DNA of 63,895 nucleotides, filler included, from Choristocarpus tenellus KU-1152 (Eukaryota > Protista > Phaeophyceae), in assembly GCA_964200185.2 (NCBI GenBank). It is 11 parts of 11 records of this genome, joined end to end, with 100 filler letters (N's around TTAATTAATTAA, not from the genome) between each part and the next. Parts side by side here need not be neighbours in the genome. Positions count along the whole stretch, not along the records: positions 19,012 to 26,983 come from CAXNAD020005324.1; positions 27,084 to 30,823 come from CAXNAD020018206.1; positions 30,924 to 33,863 come from CAXNAD020023502.1; positions 33,964 to 36,605 come from CAXNAD020026024.1; positions 36,706 to 41,935 come from CAXNAD020011417.1; 6 more parts are not named here. One strand, given 5' to 3'. A program made the position numbers and the translations under genes. Positions 24,171-37,421 of the stretch are shown here, piece after piece; the stretch's first letter is position 1, and every line of letters begins with the position of its first letter. The notes beneath the pieces are model-generated. The model had not been told where the DNA came from and did no database searches. It was given only the letters and a program-made list of their open reading frames with translations.

Positions 24171-24609
24171 TTTTTTGTTTACTTCTTTCGCATATATATC
24201 GAAAAACCTAACCCTAACCTGAACTTGTGCTGTCAAAACATATTCCCATTCAGCCAATGAAACTGTCTGGGAGAAGTTTCACAATATGCATGGTTCAGCA
24301 GTACACAATATGCATGGTTCTGCCAGTTCCTGTTTAGTAAGCAATATGGTATTGACCAGAAAAGAAAGTCCTTATCTTGGTGCCACCTTTGCTTATGGCC
24401 ATGACCATGCCCTTCTGACACCCAGGTGTTGATGATGTGTATTAGTACTATAATGTGTATCACGTCAGGTTGAGATTGCAACATCAATTATTCTTAAGTA
24501 AACTTTCGTGAGAGACTAGGAAATGGTGGCATCTTGATTTTGCTCCATCTTCCCAACACAACCAGTCTTAGCCCACTTACTTGTTGCAGACGGTCCAGAA
24601 TCGGCATTC

Positions 24610-24998
24610 AGAAGTGCCAAGTACATGTTTATAGTTCAATTTTTGTTAGGCTGTAAGTGACTGGTAGGAATTCTGATTTTTGGTTTGACATCAAGCAGGT
24701 ACATGATTTCTTACAATTTCGGGTGTTGATACTTTTTGTCAACCCAAAAATTCAGTGATATAGTTGACATGGCGTATAGAAATGCCCATCAAATGGATAC
24801 ATAATGACCAAGGTGTGACTGAGTTTCTACGCTATCAAAAAGTATCAAAATCCAACCTGTTATCTACGAATGAAATATCGCGACCAAATATTTCCTCAAG
24901 ATCTGTTTCTTCCCTGATGTCAAATTAAAAATCAGAATTCGAATCAGCCACGTATACCCCAAGAACGATGACGGGGTATGCACGTATTTGGCACTTCT
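24610..24998. mobile_element. Degenerate foldback MITE
   Basis: Nested inverted blocks: agaagtgccaa/ttggcacttct, gaattctgattttt..tttgacatca/tgatgtcaaa..aaaaatcagaattc, tgatactttttg/caaaaagtatca. Confidence 0.7.
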
Positions 24999-26039
24999 AT
25001 ACCACCTACTCTACGAAGTTGCGTCAATGGAGAGATTGGTCATCATCGTGATCGATTAGCCTACTTTATTTCGTTGTGTTGTACATAACAAAGAACAACA
25101 CAGGAAGGAACAAAATAAAACGTCCACAACCCCAACAGCCACAACAGTAATTTGCAGCAGTTTTCTTAACATATATTTCTTATTCTTTCAATTTATTTTA
25201 TTGATGTCTTTGTTGATGATGTGTAGGGTAGAACATGATCTCCACGAAAAATAATGAATAAATACGTAGAAATATTATATTCAACAGTAGTACTAGCAGT
25301 AGTAGTAGTAGTAGTAGTAAAATATTTGGAGATAAGTTTTTTTCGCAATGAATATATATATATTTGGGTGAGTGGACCTTAGATTGCTGTCATAAGTTGG
25401 ACAAATCAAATCCAATTTGGCGTAATCAATTTCCAACTAATCAAAGGTCTTTTTGGTGATAAATCTGAGTTATGTACGTTGGTGCAGATCCTCACAAATC
25501 ATGAAGATTTAGGAATTAACTCTTTCGTTTCTGGGATCGGAATCATTTGCACTAATTTAAATTCTTGAGAGTGGTGTGGGAGAAATCCTGCCACAACACG
25601 ATGAAATGCTGACAAACCAACACACTACGATTTGTACAACTTGCACTCACATGGTCTTGGTCTTCTCCAACCATTCCGTATTTCAAAAATAAAAATTACC
25701 CAATAATCGGTCTCAAGAGTTTCGTTTTTTTGATTAAACTGTGATTAAATCGATCCGGACCGATTCACAATGCAACAACCAAAACTTTGAACATCCACAA
25801 AAAAAATGTATAGTAGTACTAGATACAGTTAAGGATAAAGTTTTCATTTGACGTCATAGTATGTTCTGTTCTACGATTGAAGTTCTTTTTTTGTCATTAT
25901 GGTTATGATTATACACCACCTTCAACAATGATGACACCAACCACCACGTAATAAATAGTTTTTGGAGAAGTTTGGTAAAAATCTATTTTCTGGTTTAGCC
26001 AAATAATTGAAATAGTCTCCATCCTGACCTTGTTGGGCT

Positions 26040-26620
26040 TTCAATAGTACTTCAGAAACACTGGCGGGAAAACGTCAACGGTGCTAGTAAATAGTTCCGT
26101 ACCGTTTTGTATTTTGGTAATTCCACCTAATCTATCAACTGATAGTTCGTATGGAGAGTAAACTTTAGGTATGGAGACATCCGACTCTGATTGGCCTATA
26201 TTGCTGCGCAGTGGGTTAGTGGAAGTGGTGTTTCATCCAACAAAAATCCTTCCAACTGCGTCCGGAATAACATATTCAGAATGCAGTACAAACGTCCCGG
26301 TTTATGTAAAAATGCTAAGTCAAAGGATTGTATGTAACCAACATAATGCCAATGATCACTTGCAACTGTGAAATACTTTCCACAAACATACGGCCGTCAA
26401 AGTGTTATGACAAGAATGATAGCCAGACGTTCTTTCTGGGTTGCTGAATATCGTGTTTGGGTTGGCTTTAAAAGAGCACTATTATGGTAAAGCTACAATT
26501 CGAAACTATCATCCTCATTTTTCAGTTAGAAAAAAGGCTTCCATGCTAACATCACTACCTGTGCAAATTACCTTGGGAGGTAATGCTATAGCTACCTTCA
26601 GATCGATTGTCGCCAGAGGA
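26040..26620 (-). mobile_element. Ty3/gypsy RNase H remnant
   Basis: QTRYSATQKERLAIILVITL*RPYVCGKYFTVASDH matches the gypsy RNaseH motif. Confidence 0.75.
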
Positions 26621-27585
26621 GAGCAACACCATCTTAACAGGCGGAGGAATTAGCTGGACCAGGGTTGGAGCCAGAAACGAAAACCAGAGGAAGCTTGTCA
26701 GCAAAGGGATACCTGAACTGGACTTGTAAGTCTGGGAAGTAAATAATATCTACTCCAGACCATCAAGAACCATCTTCCATATCAGAAGCACCCTGGGGAG
26801 GAAGGTTTGGTGGCCCAGGACTTCACTCAACGAGAGGATGTACAAGACATTCAATTATTATAGGCTTCAAGTCTGCTGGAGTGAGTGCTACATCCAACAA
26901 AAGAAACAGCAAAAGGGAACTCTTCCAAATTCAACCATGTAATCACGTTCAGCAAAGGGGGTCGTGTGAGGCTTTCACACCTTNNNNNNNNNNNNNNNNN
27001 NNNNNNNNNNNNNNNNNNNNNNNNNNNTTAATTAATTAANNNNNNNNNNNNNNNNNNNNNNNNNNNNNNNNNNNNNNNNNNNNCCCCTTGTAGGAAGGGT
27101 ACCCAAGTGTCCCACAATGCCAGGGTTGCGCTTGTAGTGCGGCATGCCCTTGATGGTCCCTGGTGAGCATTAACTGCCACGACACGTTGGATCGACCCTC
27201 ACATCGGAGTTTGGAGTGACATGCGAGGGCTCTTGGAGGACGTCACCCATCAGCTCGCCCGTGGCCACACGCTTGACCTAGGGGTGACGGCACGTAGTGA
27301 GCAGCCTTCGGAGCTCACACCGACCAAGATGGCTGCAATACATAGCATCAACTCCAATAATCGGTCATCCACAGTGCGTCAGGTGACAATGAAGATGGCC
27401 ACCAAGGGGCTGAATTATATTACACGACAAGCACCATAAACAGGTTGTTGGACGATGTGGGGGCCATGCCGAAATTGCCGCTGGATCAAACTCAACCTTA
27501 AATCATGGCACAAGGTATGGAGAATGGATCTTGTTTGAGATCAAGTGGACGGAAACGTGGTGTGTACGCCTCCATGGCGAACACA

Positions 27586-27843
27586 GAGTGAAAGTATCTT
27601 AGAGGGTATGAGTTTTGCCCTGTTTGTCTGTTTGGGGCTTGGCTTCCTATGTTTTTTTAATGATATTTTCCTACTCCAAACTGTTTCGGAGTAGGTGAAA
27701 TGTGTACGTTACGAAAAGGTGTGTCCGAACAAGGATATATTTACACTTCCTAACAAACACGATAGCCAAAATTGCATCAAAATCGCACCATTGGGTTTTG
27801 GCCCCAAATGGACGCGACTCTATCCTCTAAGATACTTTGGCTC
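27586..27843. mobile_element. MITE family A, full copy (258 bp)
   Basis: Both TIRs present; TSD aca/acg (one CpG-type change). Confidence 0.92.
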
Positions 27844-27973
27844 ACGATCCATGTGGGTGAAACCTGGTTTTACGTGATGGCTGATGGGCAAAGGGTTAGG
27901 GTATTTCCGCATGAGGATAGCGACCTTCCAGGGTCCCCTACTGTGCAGCACAAGAGTCATATCCCCAAAACCA

Positions 27974-28231
27974 GAGCCAAAGTATCTTAGAGGGTAAGGC
28001 CGCGTCCATTTGGAACTAAAATCCAATGTTGAGATTTTGATGTAATTTTGGCTGTTGTAGTTGTTAGGAAGTGTCAGTAACCTTGTTCTGGAAACACCTT
28101 TTCATAACGTATACACTTTACCTACTCCAAAACATTTTGGAGTAGGAAGAAATCATAAAAAAAAACATGGGAAGCCAAGCCCCAAATGGACAAACAGGGC
28201 AAAACTCGTACCCTCTAATATACTTTCACTC
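27974..28231. mobile_element. MITE family A, full copy (258 bp), inverted relative to the previous copy
   Basis: Both TIRs present; 4-bp TSD acca/acca. Removing it restores the K-T-M codons of the mariner. Confidence 0.92.
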
Positions 28232-29444
28232 ACCATGATCATTGCAGCCAACGCCCACCCAGATTCAGCTCACAGCTTTGATGGAAAAGCTTGGTGTTTG
28301 CCGTGTATGTGCGCAGCTATCTAAACCTCCCCCCACCTCAATATATCATGGACCTGTGCTTCTTCAGGTCTTTGAAATGCCAGGTGATGGGGAAGCGGTT
28401 TGGGTCCGTCGAGGAGCTAGTGAAGATCATTAAGAAACAGTATGAGGAGTGTTATGAAACCACACTTGAGAGGGCTAGGCAGCTCCTTTTGTGGTGTACA
28501 ATCAAGGACTTAGATACAAAGGGGGGAATGACTTCAGTGTGGAGCACACAGGGATGAGGAAGAGGCAGTTGTCTGACGATCTTGAAAACATGCCGATGGT
28601 AGACATGGAAGCTTTTTCTGTAGCTGAAAAAATTGTAATGGATTGGGAGTAATAATAATAAAAAGAGCTGACCCTAACCAGAACTTCGTCAAAAGGATTC
28701 CAAATCTTCTCTCAGAAATGAATTTCATCAACATCATAAAAAGGTATGGACAACGTGGCACAAACTTATGGCACGGAGGTAGTACAAATATTAGATACAC
28801 AGCACTCAAGTAATACTCCATGTCCATCGAAGATCACAAATATCATTGACTAAAAACTTTTAAAACCTAATACTTTGTCAACACATCTTCCCTCAGGTAT
28901 CCAAAGAAAACACCCTAAATCTCGTGTGTTCTGCCAAAGTCCATAAAATAAACGTGTTGGATATCAATGTGCTTTGTTCTAGTGAACCTTGTCGTATTGT
29001 GTACTTGTTTGCATCTACCATTATTGCCCTCTATCAAGTCAATGAAACGCCTACAACTCCAAAACGCTTCGCAAGAGAAGCAGCTCTTGATACCTCAGAT
29101 TCTCAAAGTATATGTAACAGTTCTAAGGCACACTTGTGCAATTTATCTTGGGAGGCAATGCTATTTATCAGTAGTGAAGACAAGAAGATAGTGTGAAGCC
29201 TCACACGGTTCCTCATTACTTGAACGTGATTACATGGTTGAAATTAGAAGAGTGACCTCTGTGAGGTATATTCCTATTGCTTGTTTTATTATTATTTTGT
29301 GCTTCCTACATAAGTCAACGGTTATGCCAAAGAAGTTGAATGTAGTATAAAAACCCATACATAATCCCATTCGTAATCCGAAATCTGATTAGTTACATCT
29401 CTCATACACAAAATAAGGTACACCTCACTATTGTTTTATTTTGC

Positions 29445-30450
29445 ACACTCCCCCATGAGAGTGCAGGCAATGAAGGGTTGCTGGAACTCTCAAACCTAAA
29501 ATATCTTATTCTGCATACTCCTCCATGAGAGTGGAAGTAAAAGAAGACAGATTGGTTCAACTCTCACACACACCACGTTTATCCTGTCAACGCAGTGAAA
29601 GAACACAGATTGCTTCAACTCTAACACAAGACATTAATCTAGTCAATACAATGTCGACATAGTCTCCTACCTGCTTCTTGCGTAATCTTTTTGTCGAGAT
29701 GTCTGCAAGTTGTAGTGTTTTGGGTCCCATTCCTTCACGAACAATCCTCTCATAGAAACGCTGGTCCAGTGTGATGCCAGTCTCATCCCGGTTGAATCCC
29801 ACCACTGGACTGAATGTGCTGAAGTAGTCCACCCGTTCTTGCTGGGAAAACCCCCGTGCCACCAGCCTGGCCTTGAACCTTTCAATATCTCCACTGGCTG
29901 TTTGTTTGATCTTGAATATGAGCAGATGTCACCTCCCATGCTTATCAAACAGTAGGCTTCATCTGTGTTGCTCTGAGTAGATTGACTATATGCTCCCCCA
30001 CTTCTTCGGTATCTCCAGAGTTTAAACCCCTGTAGTCCACCCTGGGTTGTTCAGCTATCCTGGCTGATTTCCGTTGTCCAGTAAGTGAACTTGTCGAGTT
30101 TTTGCTGGCAGCTGTTGCTTTTGATATCGGATTGACTGTAATATCGAAATACCGATCAGAGCCGTCTTCAGTATCGGAAATATCTTCATCATCGGTCAAA
30201 GTTATGGTCTCTCGCTCCCCCACGAAGTCCATGATGTGTTCGTCTGGCTCGAACGTCACTTGGACTGAGGTCACCAATTTGGCCTCTTGAGGAAGCCAGA
30301 TGTACCAACACAGTGTGATGTCCAGTCGTGTCCCATGATTATACCCCGCTTGGCGTAAGGGTGAAACTTTGAACCGACTCTCTTCTGCTGCTTGTCCTGG
30401 TGAACATGGCACTCGCTCCCCCAGGTCTGAAGACTATCATCGTTGAAGGA
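29445..30450 (-). mobile_element. Internally deleted Ty1/copia retrotransposon; probable LTR extends toward ~28900
   Basis: [23 protein letters not shown] (copia RT), [11 protein letters not shown] (RNaseH end), KLVTSVQVTFEP; PPT catgggggag|tgt at 29445-29457. Segment 29191-29255 recurs inverted at 26915-26983. Confidence 0.85.
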
Positions 30451-31048
30451 TTTTCCTGTTAGATGTTATAATATAGGCTACTCACCTGTTTGTCCCTTGA
30501 TACGATACAGTTCCACCAGTCAACACTGACTGTTGATTGGTCTGGACGTTCTGGACGTTACTTTAACTAGTTCATCATCACCACATCAATTACCATCAGA
30601 ACATCTTAGTACAGAATCGTCGCTCTGCGTTCCACACGAGTAGTATAGTATAGTATATGTCACTTGAGTTGCATCACATATTGGTTCAATTTTGTTCTCT
30701 TGTTAGCTTGTTTTTTTTTTCACTTTCTCCTTATCAGGAGAAGATGGCAGTTGTACGTTGATTGTTGATTATTATTTATTTCGTGACCGCCATTGATCCC
30801 TCTCAATGCACCAAGCTCACTCTNNNNNNNNNNNNNNNNNNNNNNNNNNNNNNNNNNNNNNNNNNNNTTAATTAATTAANNNNNNNNNNNNNNNNNNNNN
30901 NNNNNNNNNNNNNNNNNNNNNNNAAACCGCCATCAAGACATATCGCCTGTGACAGTATGCTGATGAGGGGATCCCAGGTGAGACCATGAAATACCAGGCG
31001 TGAAGAAAGTTGTCTACAGCAACCATAGCACAAGTTGGGTTCCTTTAC

Positions 31049-31179
31049 CTGGCAAAGCTGTTGGATACTGATAGACTGCTTTTTTTCAAGTATCATCTTA
31101 TACTTCCGTTTGTTTGGCATTCCGGGCCTTGAGGCCTTGCCATGGCAGCGATCCCTTTAGGAAGTACAAGAGGACATAA
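31049..31179 (-). pseudogene. Isolated casein kinase 1 exon with a 4-bp frameshifting duplication
   Basis: YVLLYFLKGSLPWQGLKARNAK[+4 bp]RKYKMILEKKQSISIQQLCQ|gt contains the CK1 signature LPWQGLKA. Confidence 0.85.
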
Positions 31180-32049
31180 CTTCACATTTTAATCAACAAC
31201 ATTGTGATCAAATTTGGGCCAAAATTGTTGCTAGGTAAGAGCATTGCCCTCAAAATGGTGGTTACCAAGAAAGAAAAACTACCGCGACATGGAGGAGATC
31301 TTTCGGGCTGTTGTGTTTGTAAAGCTAGGATTAATGCGAAATTATTAGTTTCAGAACCCTTACCGATTTTTGTGTTAGGGCCTTTGTCGACCATGGGTAT
31401 ATCCCTTATGGATCTTAGAAAGAGGATCGGACAAAAAGGGTACGTCCAAACTTACCATGTTCGAACACGGTACACAAAATGGGTGAAAAGGAAATGAACT
31501 AGTTGTCGGTATGTAAGGACTATGCAAAATGGATGTGAAATACCGAGTGATACCTAAAGCTGCTATCTCTTTGATCTGGAAGGTGGGCGTATACCTCATG
31601 CCATCTACCATTCCGAACAGGTATGTATCCCTTTTCACCCTTGGGTGACCAATAACAGTACACCTTCGTGACCACAAAGGGTTACCCCACAAAGACCTTC
31701 TGGATGTCTGTATCACAGAACCCCTTCCCCAACCTTGTTGCCTTGTTGCTTCAATATCAACGGACGAAGAGGCTTGGCTACGCGCCATTCACTACTGCCA
31801 TACTCCCTCTGTCCCATAGGTCTGGGTCGTTAAGTTGTAGCTCTTCGGGATATCCTCCGATTACAAAAACGGACTTTTGCGTTGGATCCCTTGGAATATT
31901 GTACAATAAAAAACAATTTTTTTAGAACTCTACAAAGAATTCTGTTGTAATGGTTTTGAAAGAATGAAACACAGAATGGGGTTATCTTTTTATTGTTCCT
32001 TATGCAGTGTGGAGTCACACAACACTCTCACAACCCCCATGCCGAGCCC

Positions 32050-33330
32050 CCACAGCTGGTCGTCCCCAGCAAAGCCCACCGTCTTGGAGAAAGAACTGCA
32101 AGCTCACTGAGGAAGGTTGGACCACACTTGCTCTGTGTTACGCTTTGGCTCTTCCTCGAGGTCACAAGAGGCTCCTGAGGGATGTGGGTTCTAAATTGGC
32201 CAAAGAGTTTGGTGTGGGATAGAGACACCCTAGACGGGTGTGGACGTGCGTCAAAGAACGGTTAGACAGGGGGAACACCGTCTCCCTGAAATCACAAGCA
32301 CGATCTGGACAGCTGTCGGACTTTTATGCTATCGAAACAAGCGAAGATTCGGGAAATCAACGCCAGCAATCGCATTCTGACTATCGACCAACTTTCCGCC
32401 AAGCTCGCCGAAGTGGGCCTCGCAGTTGACAGCCCAAAGCTTCATCACTGGCTTGGAGGCATGGGGGCAACGAGGGTTCAGTGGCGTGTGACCCCTGGCC
32501 TTTCCTTTTCGCAGAAGAAGAACAGGGTGGACTTCATCCTTGACCAGACCTCCCGCAACAGCAAAACCTACAGTACAGGAATGGCCTCAACACCATTCAC
32601 ATCGACGAGGGCATAGTTCTACCTCATCCACGAACAAGAGTTGGTGCGCATGTTCTCTGGGGAGGAAAAGGTGGGCTTGACAAAGATGCCGCACAAGACA
32701 CACATTCACAAAGTGATGTTCATCTCTGCCATTTCACACCCGGGTCCTTTCCATGATTTTGACGGTAAGACCAGGATCTGGCGGGTTTGCGTCATGAATG
32801 AGGTGCAACAGACTACGGTGTGGTGTATGAAGGGCGAGGAGTACGAGGTCAAAGTCACCATTGATGCCGAGTGGTAACTGGAGCGGTACACGGAGCAGCT
32901 GTTGCCAACAATCAAGGAAAAAATGCCATGGCTGAAATCGGGGGGAGCCTCCATAAAGCAGGATGGCACGACCCTGCATATGGGCAAGGGCACGGTGCAG
33001 AAGCTGAACACAGCAGGGATGGTGGAGGGATGGAACATTAAGCTCATGAGGCAGTCAGCACAGTCGTCGGATCTCAACATCAATGATGTAGAGTTTTTTG
33101 CATATCTGAAGAGCAGGGTTTAGGCGGAGCAATACGCACCGTTGATGAACTTGTAGAAGGGGTTCCAAGCATGCTCCATGCGTACAACACAGACACACTC
33201 GAGAGAGTGTGGCAGAGTCTGTTTAAGAGGTGCCATCAGGTGTTAATGGCGCTGGGGGGGAACGTTTTGAGGTAGAGCACACCGGGACCAAGAAAATGCA
33301 GCAGGAGGGCAGGTTGGCGAGATCAATCAA
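32050..33330 (+). mobile_element. Near full-length, inactivated Tc1/mariner transposase (40 residues between 2nd and 3rd Asp as read)
   Basis: TIHIDEG...HKTHIHKVMFISAISHP..FDGK...IKQDGTTLH...QSAQSSDLNINDVEFFAYLKS, with several stops and frameshifts. Confidence 0.9.
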
Positions 33331-33690
33331 ATTTTCAGTACAGTAGATAGTAGTATGAGAAGTAGTACAGTGTCTAGGGCCTCTGACCAAATATAATCCC
33401 TGGACTACAGTAAAGGTAATAAAATAGTAGCAGGATATCTCCTGTGTCTCACTGATAACAACAACAATGGGCTACTGCTGACCATCCATGACAATGATGG
33501 GGGTACTGCAGGCCTCAAATACACACACATGTGTGTGGGTGACAAGGGGGGACCTACGCTGGGTAGAGAAGAGGGTGGGAAGATCCGCAGCTTACTAGTC
33601 AATGTCCTCCAGCAACTCCAGGAAGAATGGAACAGTGGGGACATATGCCCCAGTGTAAACCTGGGTACCCGGTGCTGGGGGGGAATATGA

Positions 33691-33797
33691 GAGCCAAAGT
33701 ATCTCTTAGAGGGTAGAGCTGCATCCATTTGGGGATCAAAATCCAATGTTGCGATTTTGATGTAATTTTGGTTATCGTGTTTGTTACGAAGTGTAAA
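33691..33797. mobile_element. MITE family A, truncated copy
   Basis: gagccaaagtatctcttagagggtagagctgcatccatttgggg... Confidence 0.85.
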
Positions 33798-34668
33798 GTG
33801 AGAGTTTATGAAGTAAACTGAGTTTTGTGGGCTGTAGAATTCTGGTTGGCTGGGGGCACGGGGNNNNNNNNNNNNNNNNNNNNNNNNNNNNNNNNNNNNN
33901 NNNNNNNTTAATTAATTAANNNNNNNNNNNNNNNNNNNNNNNNNNNNNNNNNNNNNNNNNNNNGGGCGGGGGTGGGTGGTGGGGGGGGGGGGGGGGGGGG
34001 GGGTGGGGGGGGGGGGGGGGGGGGGGGGGTCATTGGTTGGGTCACTTGAAGGCTTGAAGAGATCTGTATCAGAAGGTCATCGAATCCAATGCAATCTGTT
34101 GTGGGAGAGCATCTTTCCCACAACAAATCTCTCCTGCATTCTTGGAAGGTTTGAGTATGGGGAAGGGGATCAAGGGCAGCAAGCTTAAGCAGGATACACG
34201 GTTGGGCATGTATCAGTTCATTCTACTAGAGGAAATGGGAAGGGCAGGGTGGTTGGAGTAAAGGAGAGCATCAAAACTAACTTCCACACAACCCCAGCTC
34301 TGAGAGTATCAATAATGTTCTCAAGTCACGTATGTTATCCCTAGCAGCGAACAGAAAGCTTGGGACCACCCCCACCGGGACAAAATGTTAAGTACGACAA
34401 TATATATATATATATATATAGCCCCTGCTCCCCATCTAATTGAGTCAAACTTTGACATTGTGGTCGAATTATTGGACAAGAAGCTCACAGATGCGCCTTC
34501 CAAGTACCACGAAATGTAGTCACCACGTGACCTACAACAGAGAAATCCTCTCAACAAACTCAGTACTAAAAACTTGACAATGGCATGATACAACGCAGTA
34601 GGCTGAGACTAGAGATAGGGAAAATGACAAGAGCAGGTATACCTGTGCCATTTTTGCCCCTAATTTGA

Positions 34669-35137
34669 CAGTTGCAACACCCCTTGTCTACTCTCAGCGT
34701 TGCTTACCCGTTTTAGCCCACCACTTGCTCAAATTTGCACCCATTTTCACTCATTATAAGTAATCTGATTGAACAAACAATGCAATCCTCCAATCCCACC
34801 ACACAATACACACATCTCAAGCAACTCTAATCCTCACAAACGTCCACAAAAAAATCGATTTTTTCAGCCAGAACCGTTCCCCCTTGCCAGAAACCATTCT
34901 CTCACTTCGTGAACGAACTTGGAAATTGGAAGAACATCTCCAAACAGGACCCAAGCTACTTGGAACGAGGACGAAAGGTCTTTGAAAAAAGTGTATGTAA
35001 TTCGTTGTGTGACCAAAGGATTGTGTTGCTTGTCCAATCAGAGTACTTACAATGGGTGAAAATGGGTGCAAATTTGAGCAAGAGGTTGGCTAAAACGGGT
35101 AAGCAATGCTGGGTGTAGACAAGGGGTGTTGCACCTG
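34669..35137. mobile_element. Foldback MITE with ~120-bp TIRs, nested inside an outer inverted repeat (34637-35258)
   Basis: cagttgcaacaccccttgtctac...aatcct / aggatt...gtagacaaggggtgttgcacctg; outer IR gtatacctgtgcc / ggcacaggtatac. Confidence 0.85.
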
Positions 35138-36705
35138 CTAACATGGGGACGGGATCTGGCGTAGGAGAGTTTGAGTAGGGGTCTTGTGACGGGGGGCTCC
35201 ATGATCCAACTTGTTTTCTGCTATACCCATTTTCGGCCACAAAAAGGCACAGGTATACATGTGTTCTTGCTTGCCCACCTTCTTCAAAAGGCAAGTGCCT
35301 TTTTTTCTTGTCTAGCTATCGGTTGTGGAGATCTCAGACCAAAATTAACATCCTTCCAACTTCATCAATGCACTTCGAACAATGGTATCAAGAGCGCCCC
35401 TGGTAGCAATCACCTGACGAAGCAACTCACAGTCTCAACTCGTTCTCACTTGCACAGCAAGTGAATATACTCAAGCACATACTCCCCCCTTCCCTCCCCG
35501 TCCTCACCTCCCTCTCTCTCCCCACCCACCCTTCCAAGTCCCCTACCTCTCGTGTTGCCCCACCATCCTCCATAAGTTTGACACTCAACCCTCGCAGCTG
35601 TGCCACCCTCTCCGCGTTAAAATTATCATCGATTTTGTTCTTGTCAAGAAGCTTCTTCTTTTCACGCTCAGCCGCCTGGAACTGCTCCATTCCCTGCTGC
35701 TGGTCCCTTTTTTTGACAGGTACCCCCATTTAATATATCCGTAATAACAACAAATGTTTTGGCAGAGAGAGGGGTAAACAAAAGAGAAAGAAAGGGTACA
35801 AGGTTGTAGTCAGAAAAAAGGTCACTGGGGTGAGAGCTGTTCAGGATCTGTATTTTTTTTTTTTACTTTTTACTTTCCTCGGGAAAGGGTTAGGGTTAGG
35901 GGGACTATGCACTGCGGCTGCCAGTCCGCCTCTTTGGTGTATATATTGTAAATTGATGTAAAGTTGGGGGGGGGGCAGTACAGCAAAGGTGATACGTGTA
36001 TGTAGGTGTGAGGGTGAATTTGTCTGCAGCAGAGTAGGACAAAGAGGCAATATCAACAAAACTATCGAAAATACTATTGAAGATATTTATTAGGAAGTCA
36101 AAAATCGTGCGCTTAGCTTGATGTGGAGTAGATGCAATATGGTGTTGATATGTTGGGCTAGTGAACTAAATCGAAATATCTATGTTGATAGAAGAGATAA
36201 TCCAACGCTGGTGTTGGTGGAGGCTGTTAGCGAGAGCGAGGTGTATCGGTGGATGCCAACAGGGTGTGTGGTGCAATTCAAAGGATAAGTCAGAAAAAAA
36301 AAAAATGATCCCTCCCTATAGCCCTATCAAGACAGAATGTATTTTTCAATTACCTTAAATGGGATAGATAATAAACAACAAACTTCAAATTGCAATCAGG
36401 GGCAAACATACACTGACTGTGTGCTCCAGGACTATGACTCTCACGCACAATGTCATATACTTGGAAGTATATATCTCATTAAACACAACAAAACCTATTA
36501 CCGTAGCAAAGAACATTCTACTGTATTCAAAAGATGCTACAAAGCTAGGGCTAGTTCTTTTTATTACAATATTCAAGCATAGCTGAGTAATTATTCCCAA
36601 AGCTCNNNNNNNNNNNNNNNNNNNNNNNNNNNNNNNNNNNNNNNNNNNNTTAATTAATTAANNNNNNNNNNNNNNNNNNNNNNNNNNNNNNNNNNNNNNN
36701 NNNNN

Positions 36706-36902
36706 TTTTGATGTAATTTTGGCCATCGTGTTTGTTAGGAAGTGTCAATATCCATGCTCTGGACACACCTTTTCATAACATACACACTTTACCTACTCCG
36801 AAACATTTTGGAGCAGGAAAATGTTATTAAAAAAACAATGGGAAGCCAAGCCCGAAATGGACAAACAGGGCAAAACTTGTACCCTCTAAGATGCTTTCAC
36901 TC
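36706..36902. mobile_element. MITE family A, partial copy at contig start
   Basis: ...gggcaaaacttgtaccctctaagatgctttcactc. Confidence 0.88.
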
Positions 36903-37421
36903 TCTCTAATTCCCCTGAATAGTACTGTAGTTTCCTTCCAAGCCGCTGTTGTTGTGATATGTATTTGTAAAGTGATGTTCCAAGTGACACAGAGGAAAAG
37001 TATGAAGTGCAGAAACATACAATATAATGGGCGACAGGCACTGCTAGGCCTCTAGCTTTTATTTCCACCTCTGAAGTCGTTCTAAAGTATGGTCTAGATC
37101 TCTAGAGCTCTCTTCTTCTTTTTGCACGGTAAAGTAATTTGCCTAGAAAGTGTGCGTCTAAAACGAAAACTGCAGTATACTTCATTCTAAAACTAGTCGC
37201 TTGGGCTATATTATATACCTCTTGTTTGCTTGAAAATAAAGAGTTTGCAAGTCAAAGATAAAATCGGACCTGCACAACTCTCAAATGAACACAGGAAAAC
37301 GTTTCTTTGATGTTGGGTATATGTAACGGCCAGGAAGGGTTGTGGGTGGTAGAGGAAGACTAATCACTTCAGGTGAGAGAGTTCAGCTATAGCCCCATAC
37401 TACTGGGAAAACATATTTTAC

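Larger units (their letters stand above)
27084..28560 (+). mobile_element. Tc1/mariner transposase remnant interrupted by two family-A MITEs
   Basis: NT[MITE]IHVGETWFYVMADGQRVRVFP...QHKSHIPKT[MITE]MIIAANAHPD..FDGK...IMDLCFFRSLK. Confidence 0.85.

Noticed and set aside
27892-27903. AGGGTTAGGGT as a telomeric insertion
   Set aside because: It lies in frame in the mariner (QRVRVFP) and aligns with LVRMFS in the 32 kb copy, so it is probably coincidental coding sequence.
27586-28231. MITEs A/B as introner elements
   Set aside because: Termini are not splice sites, and copies lie within existing introns, intergenic DNA or dead TEs rather than forming introns.
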